Source: Candidatus Fermentibacteraceae bacterium
GTDB lineage: Bacteria; Fermentibacterota; Fermentibacteria; Fermentibacterales; JCC-6
Assembly: GCA_041750285.1 (NCBI GenBank)
Contig: JBGSZS010000004.1
Coordinates: 64,001 to 128,000, forward strand
Reading direction: 5' to 3'
Length of the DNA stretch: 64,000 nt
The notes beneath the pieces were generated by a model. It saw only the letters and a list, made by a program, of their open reading frames with translations, was not told the origin of the DNA and did no database searches. The translations under genes were made by a program, and so were the position numbers. Below, piece after piece: positions 30,884 to 39,804 of this stretch; the first letter of the stretch is position 1, and each line of letters opens with the position of its first letter.

Positions 30884-31050
30884 ATAGATTAGTTTACTGA
30901 GGTAAACAACACTGCTGCAGTCTCTTGCATGCAGCCACCCTCGACGCGCTCCACGGTTGGTTCCAGGGGCACAATAAAGCGGGGGGCAACCATTACTGAC
31001 TGCCCCCCTTTAGTTTACCTCAGTAAACTAATCTATCTAAGTCCGTCCCC
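30870..31050. repeat. 181-bp element with perfect 38-bp terminal inverted repeats (MITE/REP-doublet-like)
   Basis: 30870-30907 GGGGACGGACTTAGATAGATTAGTTTACTGAGGTAAAC is the exact reverse complement of 31013-31050; 105-bp interior. Confidence 0.9.
30981..31011. terminator. Hairpin between convergent genes, inside the inverted-repeat element
   Basis: GGGGGGCA-N12-TGCCCCCC-TTT; A-rich on the other side, so possibly bidirectional. Confidence 0.6.
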
Positions 31051-31668
31051 CTAGTCGATGTCGCTGAGGTTGACGTCCCAGCGGTAGCCATCGCTGCCTA
31101 TGTAGACCTGCCAGAGCGTATAGGTGTCGCCGTCGACGTCAACGCATTTGATGTCGTAGTAGTCCTCGGCGGGAACGTTGAAGGAGAAGGAGTAACCGGG
31201 GGTGAGGATCTCGCTGCCGAGCCTGTCGTCGCCCCAGGGGCTGTCGCTGGGGTCGCAGTAGATGTAGTAGATGTCGTAGTTGCCAAGGTCGTTGTAGATG
31301 GTCACGCGGGCACTGCCGCTGTTGGAGGGAGTCGAGCCGCTCCAGTTTCTCTCGCCGAGGTCGCTGAGAGTGACGTTCCAGTTCACGGTGCCGTTGATGG
31401 GAACGTTCCAGACGATGTACTCGTCGCCGTCCTCGTCGATCAGCTTCACGTCGTAGGTGCCGTTCGTGACGGTGAAGGTTTTGCTGGCGCCGGAGCTGAT
31501 GACTTCGCTGGAGCCCAGCCAGTCGTTACCCCAGCTGTCGCTGGAGGTTTCGGAGATGTACACGTAATAGATCGAATATCCGCCTGTTGAGTTGGTAATC
31601 TGAAGGCGGCCCGCAAATGCCGGAACAAGCATTCCCAGAGCCAGGAGAATTATCGCAACGCTTTTCAA
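31051..31668 (-). CDS. Secreted protein with two tandem copies of a ~90-aa beta-rich domain
   Basis: TTG start after GGAGG; signal peptide LKSVAIILLALGMLVPAFA; repeats I.N..G.Y.IYY.Y...S...WG.D.LG.SE...G....F.V....YD.K..D.DGD.Y..W.V.I......W.V.LSD. Confidence 0.8.
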   Translation of the reverse strand: MKSVAIILLALGMLVPAFAGRLQITNSTGGYSIYYVYISETSSDSWGNDWLGSSEVISSGASKTFTVTNGTYDVKLIDEDGDEYIVWNVPINGTVNWNVTLSDLGERNWSGSTPSNSGSARVTIYNDLGNYDIYYIYCDPSDSPWGDDRLGSEILTPGYSFSFNVPAEDYYDIKCVDVDGDTYTLWQVYIGSDGYRWDVNLSDID

Positions 31669-31849
31669 GGCTTTCCTCCCTTTTTTCGATTTTTCCTCCG
31701 CCCGGAGGGACAGTGCATAATGAGAAGATACCGTCCCCGTGTCAACACGCGGGACACCACTGCTACAACGTATACGACCGGTACATTCCATTCGGGACAC
31801 CGCTGAGCTATATTTCACAAGGAACCACGTTTCTATCCGAGGAGCTGCC

Positions 31850-32905
31850 ATGAACTTCAAATCCCAGGTCCGGATGGGCATCGGAGCCATCAAGGGACGA
31901 TTCGGTCACAGGATCCCGCTGAACGTAATGATCTCGGTAACCGACAACTGCCCGAGCCGCTGCAGCTACTGCAGCATCCCGTCGCGCTGCCGCCCCGATC
32001 TTTCCACGGCTGAATGGAAAAGACTGCTTGAGGAGATGCGCGCCGCGGGAACGATGAGGATCGGCGTCTGGGGCGGGGAACCCATGACACGCAGGGACAT
32101 AGTCGAGCTCTGTTCGTACGCCAGGGAACTTGGCATGTATGTGAGCATCGACTCCAACGGCTATCTGATCCCGTCGAGGCCGGAGATACTCGATGCGGTC
32201 GACCATGTAGTGATCTCCCTGGACGGCCCGCCCCACGCACACGACGCCAACAGGGAACTCGGCAGCTGGCTTCGCACCATGGAGGCCGTAAGGCTTTGCT
32301 CGGGCAGGGTGCGCCTCTGGACCATCACCGTGCTCACCTCGAACAACATCAACGAGCTGGACTGGATAATGGACACCGCCAGGGAGTACGGCTTCATGAC
32401 CACTTTTCAGACCCTTCACCACAACGATTCCCTGGGCGGCGACACCTCGGCAATGAGGCCATCCAACGACGAGTACAGGCAGGCCTTCGTGCGGCTTCTC
32501 GAGCTGAAGAAAAAAGGCGCACCCATCGCCCTCAGCGCCGGTTTTCTGAAGAAGATCGCCCAGTGGCCCGACTTCACCGCAACAAGGCTTCCGGGAAAGT
32601 TCTACGGCCCACGGTGCCGCGCGGGGAGGATGTTCTGCAACATCGATGTCGACGGAAGGGTCTACCCGTGCTCCCTTCTCATCGGCGAGTACCCGGGCGC
32701 CCTCAACGCCCTGGAGGTGGGCTTCGAAAAGGCGTTCCGCGCCGCTTCGGAGCTGCCGTGCCAGGCATGCACGGCAAGTTGCTACCCTGAGTACAACTAC
32801 CTTTACGCGCTAAACCCGTCGGTTGCGCTGGACTGGCACAGGAGTGTGGGGACGACCGACCGGATGATGCGCGACGCAAGGGAAAGAAAGACCCCCGAAG
32901 ATTGA
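31850..32905 (+). CDS. Radical SAM protein with a SPASM/Twitch-like domain
   Basis: CPSRCSYC, GGEP, ISLDG...HD..R, C-terminal CRAG...DGRVYPC...CQACTASC; GAGGAG RBS. Confidence 0.9.
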   Translation: MNFKSQVRMGIGAIKGRFGHRIPLNVMISVTDNCPSRCSYCSIPSRCRPDLSTAEWKRLLEEMRAAGTMRIGVWGGEPMTRRDIVELCSYARELGMYVSIDSNGYLIPSRPEILDAVDHVVISLDGPPHAHDANRELGSWLRTMEAVRLCSGRVRLWTITVLTSNNINELDWIMDTAREYGFMTTFQTLHHNDSLGGDTSAMRPSNDEYRQAFVRLLELKKKGAPIALSAGFLKKIAQWPDFTATRLPGKFYGPRCRAGRMFCNIDVDGRVYPCSLLIGEYPGALNALEVGFEKAFRAASELPCQACTASCYPEYNYLYALNPSVALDWHRSVGTTDRMMRDARERKTPED

Positions 32906-32924
32906 TGTCTCCGGGGGTCCGCAG

Positions 32925-33578
32925 TTACTGCAGCTGGAACCTGTACTGAAGGGTCGTCCAGACCGCCGCAGGAATGTTGTTGTTCCGTGCGGGTGTCCAC
33001 CGTGTGTTCCATGCGGCGTTCATCGCGGCTTCATCAAGTGACGATACCCCGCTCGATGCGTAGAGCTGGACCTGCTCGACGCTTCCGCCTGCATTGACGA
33101 ACACCCAGAGCGTAACGGTGCCTTCGATCCCCGCCATACGGGCCATTTCGGGGTATGTGGGCGCCGGCATGAACGTGCAGACCGGAAACACTTCGGCAGG
33201 CATGAACCTGGGAGGGCCGGCCTCGGCGCCGTCGGGAAGCTGGTCGGGATTGGTCTCGATCGTCCCGACGGTGGAGAGACCCAAAGTGTCGGAACTCAGG
33301 CTGATGGTGACGTCCGGGGTGATATCCCTTATCACATCCTCGATCTGGTTCTCCATCACCTGCTGCTGATCCTCCACCCGCTCCTGCTGGTCCTCCACGG
33401 TGGTGTCGAACGGAAGAAAGGTGTCAACCGCTTCCAGGGCATCGTCAGTGGTCCTCACCGACAGCCTTCCGAGCTCGGATGCCGGCATGAACTGGAAGAA
33501 TGCGTTGAGAATGACAAGTCCTGCCAGAAGACCGATATCGTAACCCGGTGAGTAGCTCCGTCGTGTCGTGTAACTCAT
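32925..33578 (-). CDS. Energy transducer TonB
   Basis: N-terminal TM; P.YPEMARMAGIEGTV...V...G.V...LDEAA..A....RWTPA TonB_C motif. Confidence 0.85.
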   Translation of the reverse strand: MSYTTRRSYSPGYDIGLLAGLVILNAFFQFMPASELGRLSVRTTDDALEAVDTFLPFDTTVEDQQERVEDQQQVMENQIEDVIRDITPDVTISLSSDTLGLSTVGTIETNPDQLPDGAEAGPPRFMPAEVFPVCTFMPAPTYPEMARMAGIEGTVTLWVFVNAGGSVEQVQLYASSGVSSLDEAAMNAAWNTRWTPARNNNIPAAVWTTLQYRFQLQ

Positions 33579-33624
33579 CTTCGCACCTCCTCTCTCTGAC
33601 CGAGGTACGATGGGGAACCCGGTT

Positions 33625-33945
33625 CTATTCCACGTCGGAGCCCTTCCGCGAGGGATACTTCCTGCCGTTCTTGCCGATCTTGTCGATAACGGCGCTCTCA
33701 GGATCGATGCCGAGAACATCGAAGAGCCTGAGTGCGTAGATCGTGATGTCGGCCAGTTCCTCCCCGGCGTGAACCTTCTGCTGAGCCGTGAGGTTCATGC
33801 ATTCACCCGGGGTCATCCACTGGAAGATCTCCATGAGTTCCGCAGCTTCCACCGCGAGGGCCATGGAAAGGTTCTTGGGCGTGTGATACTGCTCCCATCC
33901 CCTTTCCTCGGCGAAGTTCCTTATGCTTTTCCCGAGTTCCTTCAT
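33625..33945 (-). CDS. MazG-like nucleotide pyrophosphohydrolase
   Basis: FAEERGWEQYHTPKNLSMALAVEAAELMEIFQW...EELADI...K...N..KYP. Confidence 0.9.
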   Translation of the reverse strand: MKELGKSIRNFAEERGWEQYHTPKNLSMALAVEAAELMEIFQWMTPGECMNLTAQQKVHAGEELADITIYALRLFDVLGIDPESAVIDKIGKNGRKYPSRKGSDVE

Positions 33946-33946
33946 G

Positions 33947-35821
33947 TCAGTCCAGAAGAAGCAGCCTGGAAACCTGACGCAGGTTTCCCGGTGCCCTGGC
34001 TTCAAGGAAATACGTGCCGGAGGGAAGGGCTGCCAATGTGAACGCCCTGTTGCCCGGAGCCAGAACCTGTGATAGAACCAGCCTTCCGCTCACATCGTAC
34101 AGCGCCATGCTCAGGGGAAGGCTCTCGGTGCCCTGCCAGTCGATGGAGGCGGTTCCGGCTGACGGATTGGGATACACCCACAGGGTTGATGTTCCTCCCG
34201 GCGGCGGAGACGGTCTCTCGTCGACACCGAGAACCATGTTGCAGAGTATCTTCACGGAAGGGTCAAATGTCGCGGAGGAAGGATCGAACGGGGTCTGGAA
34301 GATCACGGTCTGGTCCTGGGTGTCGTTCCACATGGTCACAAGGGTGTCCTGGCCCTCCCCCTCCACAAGGAATTCGAGGGGCATCTCGAAGAACGTTCCG
34401 AAATCCTGGGACTGATGGACCGTGACCTGGACCTGACCCAGCGAGAACTGGTAGCTGATGTCGTAGACCGGGTATCCGTAACCGTAGACCCATTCGTCGA
34501 AAAACCACGTCAGGTCACCGTAGTGGTTCGAAAGATGCTCCCTCAGGTCATCGCTGGTGGCAAGCCCGAACTGGAACTCGTCGAAGTACTCGCTGAGGGC
34601 CTGGAAGAACGGTTCGTCGCCCATTAGGCGCCGCAGCATGTGAAGCACCGCAGCACCCTTCTGGTAGGTTGTGTAGCTCCAGTACTGCTGGGGTGTCGAT
34701 GGTGATGCCAGGGGAAACACCTCCCCGCTGTTCAGATAGGGTATCATTATGTCCGACACCATGTAGTCCATGTATGAACCCCAGCCGTAGGTCTCCATCC
34801 ACAGGGGCTCTCCGAACGTGGCAAACCCCTCGCTGAGCCAGACGTCGGACCACTCCGCCTCGGTCACGCAGTCGCCCCACCACTGATGGGTCATTTCATG
34901 CGCAAGGAGCCAGTCATAGTTGGTCGAGCCGTTAATGGCGCTCGCTATGTGAAAGACCGCGGACTGGTGCTCCATGTCGCCTTTAGGCGTCTGGACGTAG
35001 CTGAACTTGCAATCCCAGGGGTACGCGCCGTAGAGGGATTCGAGCCTTGCCATCATCAGGTCGACGTTCTGGAAGCTTCCCACGGCATCCTCGACGTCCC
35101 ATGAGTAGACGTAGTAATAAAGCCTTGGATCATCGTCGTCGTGGAGGACCTCGTAGTCGGCCACACTGATGGCAGCGAGATAGGTGGCCATGGGGAGAGG
35201 CTGCTCCCAATGGTAGGTGAGAGTGCCGTCCCCATTCTGGGTAACACCTGCCGAATCACCGTTTGCAACGGCGTACAGGGTGTCAGGCACTGTCACGCTG
35301 AAGCTGAATCCTGCCTTGTCCGAGGGATGGTCAACGCAGGGGAACATGCATTTCCCCATGGATGGATCATCCTGGTAGACACCGACGCCCATCTGGTAGG
35401 TGACGTACTGGTGGAACCAGAAACCGCCCCAGGACTCGTGGAAAGGCGTTCCGGAGTAGGTTATGACCAGCTCGACAACGTCAGAGGGACCCGCGGGAGG
35501 TGACAACGTTATGAGAAGGGAATCTCCGGACTGACCGAAGGCCATCGGCGAGCCTTCCATGGTCACGGCGGATACCTCGAGCTGCTTCAGGTCAAGAAGG
35601 ACCTCTTCCAGAGTGCCTTCGGTCGGCACCAGGGTGACCGTGGCCACACCTGAAAGTATCCCGTTCACACGGTCTATGTCGAGATCCAGATCGTACTGGA
35701 GAACATCGAAAGGCCTTGCCGTATACTCATTCAGGGTATACTGGAATGGAGGGGAAAGCGGTCTTGTCCAGGCCGCGTGATCCGGCATAGGTGCTGCAGC
35801 AAGAATAAGGCAGAGATACAT
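33947..35821 (-). CDS. Secreted M1 family aminopeptidase with T9SS-like CTD
   Basis: GDMEH, HEMTHQWWGD...WLSEGFA (HEXXH-X18-E), YQKGA.VLHMLR; C-terminal YPNP...LYDVSGRLV...SGTYFLE. Confidence 0.92.
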   Translation of the reverse strand: MYLCLILAAAPMPDHAAWTRPLSPPFQYTLNEYTARPFDVLQYDLDLDIDRVNGILSGVATVTLVPTEGTLEEVLLDLKQLEVSAVTMEGSPMAFGQSGDSLLITLSPPAGPSDVVELVITYSGTPFHESWGGFWFHQYVTYQMGVGVYQDDPSMGKCMFPCVDHPSDKAGFSFSVTVPDTLYAVANGDSAGVTQNGDGTLTYHWEQPLPMATYLAAISVADYEVLHDDDDPRLYYYVYSWDVEDAVGSFQNVDLMMARLESLYGAYPWDCKFSYVQTPKGDMEHQSAVFHIASAINGSTNYDWLLAHEMTHQWWGDCVTEAEWSDVWLSEGFATFGEPLWMETYGWGSYMDYMVSDIMIPYLNSGEVFPLASPSTPQQYWSYTTYQKGAAVLHMLRRLMGDEPFFQALSEYFDEFQFGLATSDDLREHLSNHYGDLTWFFDEWVYGYGYPVYDISYQFSLGQVQVTVHQSQDFGTFFEMPLEFLVEGEGQDTLVTMWNDTQDQTVIFQTPFDPSSATFDPSVKILCNMVLGVDERPSPPPGGTSTLWVYPNPSAGTASIDWQGTESLPLSMALYDVSGRLVLSQVLAPGNRAFTLAALPSGTYFLEARAPGNLRQVSRLLLLD

Positions 35822-37396
35822 TTACTGTTCCTCCCAGTCCAGAAGAAGCCCGTCTATGAACTCACGAATGATGCTCAGCCTTGGGATCATGCTTTCCCGG
35901 ATCGGCTCGACGCATGCCAGAAGCCTGAGAAGCCGCCTGGCCGTGTGGTAATCGGTGCTGCCGGGCTGCACGTCGGAAAGGAGCGACTCGGCATACGGTT
36001 TCAATGCCGCCAGTTCGTATGGAAGCGAGGAGTTGAACATGAGGTCGGCCTCCTCCTGAAAGGGAAAGATATGGGTCCTCTCCCCCCTGCGGACGCTTGA
36101 CCATCCCTTGATCGTCTGGGATGCGGTGTACCCCCGTGAGAAGCTGTCCCTTACTATCCTTCGCAGAAGCCGGCCGTCGGAGGTGGACATCCTGGTAAGC
36201 CTGTCGATGTTCAGGGTCGTGAGGGCAGAGATGTAGACCAGGAACTTGGAATCGTGATCCAGACCGGGAGTCATCCCCGGATTGAGGCCATGGATCCCCT
36301 CGATCAACAGTATATCGTTGTCCTTCAGGCGCATGGGCTCAACGTCATCCTCCCGGACCCCGCTGTGGAAGTCGAACCTGGGAAGCCTTACCTCGGCACC
36401 CTCGAGCAGGAGTTTCAGGTGCTTTCCGAACAACCCGGTCTCCAGGGCTTCGAGGCACTCGAAGTCGAAGGACCCGTCCGGGTTCTTGGGTGTCTCGACC
36501 CGATTCCTGAAGTAGTTGTCGACACTTATCATCCTTGCCCGCAACCCCTGGGCGCCCAGATAGGCGGCGAGCATCCTCGTGAAGGTCGTTTTCCCGCTGG
36601 ATGAGGGCCCGGCGATCATGACGATCCGCTTGGACGGAAACTGGTCCGACACCTGATTGACTATCTGGACCATCTTGCTGTTCTGATAGAAGTGGCACAT
36701 CATCACAAGCTCGCGTCCCCCATCCTGACGGATCCTTCGGTTGAGCGCGTCGATGGTCTGGGTGTTCATCACGTTCAGATGCCTTTCCTCGAGGTCAAGC
36801 TCATGCCCCAGTTTTCTCCTCTCGTGCCAGGGGGAGATCGAGGGCCATGAGCCGGAGCCCGGGAATCTGAGAAGGAAACTGCCTCCAAGGGGGCGGAGCT
36901 CCCACAGGGAAAGCCATGACGTATCGGGAACGGTGGGCCCCATGGCAAAGGCCGAGCACCCTTCAAGGGTGTTCAGATGGTAGTCGCCAGTCCCCTTGTG
37001 CCATCTGGCCAGCAGACCCGGCTCTCCTTCGAGGGAAAGCGCCTCGTCGGATGAAAGCACGCGGTACTCGAACGGAAGGGCCCGGTCGACGATCCCTTGA
37101 AGGCACCGGCCAATCCTTTCCACGGCATCGGCCGCGCTGGACACCGAGCCGCCCTCGAGACGGCACCGGTAGCCCAGGGAAATGGCGTGCTCCACCCACA
37201 GCCTTGCCCCGGGGAAAGCCTCCCGGCATGCGAGCTCGAGGGCGAGGATCAGCCCTCTTCTGTATACCTCGCGGCCCTCGTCAGAATCCGGTGCAATGCT
37301 TTCGCCCCTTGAACCGGGTTCAAGCGGCTGGATCTGCCCCGTTGAGTCAACCCGGGCGATCGCGGGGAGAGTCAGGAGTTTTGAGTGCTTTGTCAT
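35822..37396 (-). CDS. Uridine kinase/PRK family protein with an N-terminal ThrRS/AlaRS-like domain
   Basis: IAGPSSSGKTT, DNYF, FDF..G.R, IEGIHGLN, RLLRRIVRD, GE..HIFPFQE; start uncertain (37396 or 37432). Confidence 0.88.
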   Translation of the reverse strand: MTKHSKLLTLPAIARVDSTGQIQPLEPGSRGESIAPDSDEGREVYRRGLILALELACREAFPGARLWVEHAISLGYRCRLEGGSVSSAADAVERIGRCLQGIVDRALPFEYRVLSSDEALSLEGEPGLLARWHKGTGDYHLNTLEGCSAFAMGPTVPDTSWLSLWELRPLGGSFLLRFPGSGSWPSISPWHERRKLGHELDLEERHLNVMNTQTIDALNRRIRQDGGRELVMMCHFYQNSKMVQIVNQVSDQFPSKRIVMIAGPSSSGKTTFTRMLAAYLGAQGLRARMISVDNYFRNRVETPKNPDGSFDFECLEALETGLFGKHLKLLLEGAEVRLPRFDFHSGVREDDVEPMRLKDNDILLIEGIHGLNPGMTPGLDHDSKFLVYISALTTLNIDRLTRMSTSDGRLLRRIVRDSFSRGYTASQTIKGWSSVRRGERTHIFPFQEEADLMFNSSLPYELAALKPYAESLLSDVQPGSTDYHTARRLLRLLACVEPIRESMIPRLSIIREFIDGLLLDWEEQ

Positions 37397-37890
37397 CAGG
37401 CATCCTTTCCCGGCAGGCATCCTTCGAACCAATCATAAAGGAGGGGGCACCCGTGAGGAAGGGAGAGCCTGGCGGCACCCGTCCGAATGCGCCGGGGAAG
37501 GGTTTTTCATGGCCCCCGTGATGATGACGGCCTTGTCATAAGTTCATGGTAAGAGGAGTTAAGACTACTTTCCCCCGAACATGACAGGGTTTCACTGAAA
37601 AATGGGGGGGATTTCCTCCCGGGGCGGTGTCCATTCAGGGGCAAAACAAGGCGACATGGCCGATTTTGTCTTAATTCTGATTTTATTGTATGTGTAAAAT
37701 AACCTATACCGGAATCCCACAACTACGGTCCCCAAGGTGGGGCGGCGGGCTGAAAGGTGTGACAACAATACACACATCTCCTCTTACGATGAACCGTTAA
37801 TCCCAATCCCACCGAAACCGGCCTTTCCGGGAGCCGTTGACCTGGGCAGCCTTTGTTCCCATTATCCATGTTCAAGTTGGAGGTGATCGT

Positions 37891-38277
37891 ATGATCTGTG
37901 TTTTAGTGCTCTTCCTTTTCTTCTCCTCCTCCCCTCCCCTTCTGGATGTGGAGGACTCCCTGGATCGGGGGGCTACGGCCCTCTACACGGTTTCCCTTCA
38001 GGAGGGAACCGAATACTGGATCATGCTCGAGGCTGGAAGCGGGTCTTCCGAAACCGACTTCGACGTGATCGTGGCCGGCAGGGAAATGAACCTCGAGCAG
38101 TTCATGAACCTTCCGTACAGGGAGGACTTCGAGTACGCCCGCAGTCATGCCTGCGCCACGGGGTGTGAACAGGGAGGCGAAAGCTTCACCCTTTCCGCCC
38201 AATACACGGGGGTCTACTACATCGTGGTCCACGATGCCGGTCAGACCGGCGGCACATTCCGGCTGAAGCTTCAGTGA
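37891..38277 (+). CDS. Small secreted protein, PPC (pre-peptidase C-terminal)-like
   Basis: GGAGG RBS and own promoter TTGACC-N17-CATTAT at 37837-37865; DFDVIV...TGVYYIVV...GG.F.L pattern. Confidence 0.6.
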   Translation: MICVLVLFLFFSSSPPLLDVEDSLDRGATALYTVSLQEGTEYWIMLEAGSGSSETDFDVIVAGREMNLEQFMNLPYREDFEYARSHACATGCEQGGESFTLSAQYTGVYYIVVHDAGQTGGTFRLKLQ

Positions 38278-38284
38278 CCGGGGC

Positions 38285-39601
38285 ATGTCCAGGGATTTCA
38301 CCGTTCTAGAACTCAACAGGGCGGCGGGAGAAATGCTTTCAATGGCGTTCCCCGAACCCGTCTGGGTAAGGGGTGTAGTTGCCCTGGCCAAAAAGGGCAG
38401 CCCCGCAGGCCATCAATACTTCCAGATCACCGATCCCTGTCCCGAGGGAGGTCAGACCCCCGCCGCCGCCGATTGCGCCCTGTTCGCGGGAGAAAGGATG
38501 AGGATATCGAGGGAGGTGGGCAGGCTGGGTCTGCTTTTCACCATCGAAGACGGCATGGAGGCCAGGTTTCAGGTCAGCCCGAGCATCTATGAGCGAAACG
38601 GCAGGTTCTCGTACATAGTGCGGGGCTTCGATCCAGAGTACACCGGCTCGGCTTCGGCCATCCATCTGAAGAGGCTGGTCGAAAAACTCGGGAGAGAAGG
38701 GATACTTGGCGAGAACGGAACGCTCCCCTTTCCGCGGGTACCCCTGAAGGTGGGGCTGGTCACCGCCGAGAACTCCGCCGCCGCGGAAGACTTCCTACAA
38801 ACCCTCAGGGAAAGTGGATACCCATTCGAGGTATACACGTCGTGGGCGCCCATGCAGGGAGTGGAAACCGCAGCCGGAGTGAATGCGGCCCTTGTCAGGC
38901 TGATCACCGTGGCTGGTCTGGACGTGGCTGTCATCACAAGGGGTGGAGGCAGCACCACCGACCTTGCCTGGTTCAACGACGAAAGCATTGCCCGCACGAT
39001 TGCGCAGCTTCCCTTCCCCGTCATTTCGGGAATAGGCCACGAGACCGACATGACACTGCCCGATTTCGCTTCCCACACCCGGGCAAAGACCCCCACGCAC
39101 GCCGCAATGCTGCTCGTTGACAGCGTTGCCGGTTTCATTGATGCCATCGAGGACTGTGCCGTAAGCCTTGGCAGGGCGGCCTCGCCCAGGCTCACACTGG
39201 AAAGGCTGAAGCTTTCCCAGTTGACCTCAACGCTTGCGAAAAAGGCGGAAAGACCATCGGTCCATTTCATCGGGATCATTTCCAGAGCGACCGCGATGAT
39301 CCAGGGAAGGGTTCTGCCAAGGGTATCGGGTCATCACAGAACCCTCGACCATCTGCAGTCCAGGATCCTGAACCTGGTCTCGGCGGGATTGTCCGCAAGG
39401 CTTTCATCGCTCGACCGGATGGAAGCCGCCGTTTCCAGGCGTGACCCGGCGAAAATGCTCGCCCTGGGCTGGTCGCTGGCCCTCGATTCCACTGGCAGAA
39501 CCATTTCATCGGTGTCTTCGGTCAAACCCCGTGACACCGTCCATCTGAAGCTTTCCGACGGAAAACTGAAGACACGAGTCGAAAGGGTGGAAAGTACTTG
39601 A
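38285..39601 (+). CDS. xseA: Exodeoxyribonuclease VII large subunit
   Basis: VWVRG OB-fold, ITRGGGS..DL..FN.E..AR, PVISGIGHETD, TPT.AA, L..G.S C-terminus. Confidence 0.93.
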   Translation: MSRDFTVLELNRAAGEMLSMAFPEPVWVRGVVALAKKGSPAGHQYFQITDPCPEGGQTPAAADCALFAGERMRISREVGRLGLLFTIEDGMEARFQVSPSIYERNGRFSYIVRGFDPEYTGSASAIHLKRLVEKLGREGILGENGTLPFPRVPLKVGLVTAENSAAAEDFLQTLRESGYPFEVYTSWAPMQGVETAAGVNAALVRLITVAGLDVAVITRGGGSTTDLAWFNDESIARTIAQLPFPVISGIGHETDMTLPDFASHTRAKTPTHAAMLLVDSVAGFIDAIEDCAVSLGRAASPRLTLERLKLSQLTSTLAKKAERPSVHFIGIISRATAMIQGRVLPRVSGHHRTLDHLQSRILNLVSAGLSARLSSLDRMEAAVSRRDPAKMLALGWSLALDSTGRTISSVSSVKPRDTVHLKLSDGKLKTRVERVEST

Positions 39602-39804
39602 AAGCCAAGAACCGGTCATACGCCGAGATGATGGACGAACTCACAAGGCTCGTTGACGAGGTTGGCCGGGAGGACTGCCCGGTTGACGGACTTGAAAGCC
39701 GTGTTGCCCGGGCTGCCGAGCTCATAGGTCTTTTGAGGGAGAAGCTGAAGGCCACCGAAACCGCCGTAAAGAACGTTCTGTCCGGCCTGGATTCAGCCGA
39801 ATAG
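39598..39804 (+). CDS. xseB: Exodeoxyribonuclease VII small subunit
   Basis: 68-aa helical ORF coupled to xseA; SY.E.M.EL..LV pattern. Confidence 0.85.
   Translation: MKAKNRSYAEMMDELTRLVDEVGREDCPVDGLESRVARAAELIGLLREKLKATETAVKNVLSGLDSAE

Noticed and set aside
30870..31050. CRISPR mini-array reading of the 38-bp repeat
   Set aside because: The two copies are inverted, not direct, the gap is 105 bp, and no cas genes are present.
37592..37777. 61-aa minus-strand ORF near GAGGAG
   Set aside because: Poor SD spacing, atypical codon usage, no motif.
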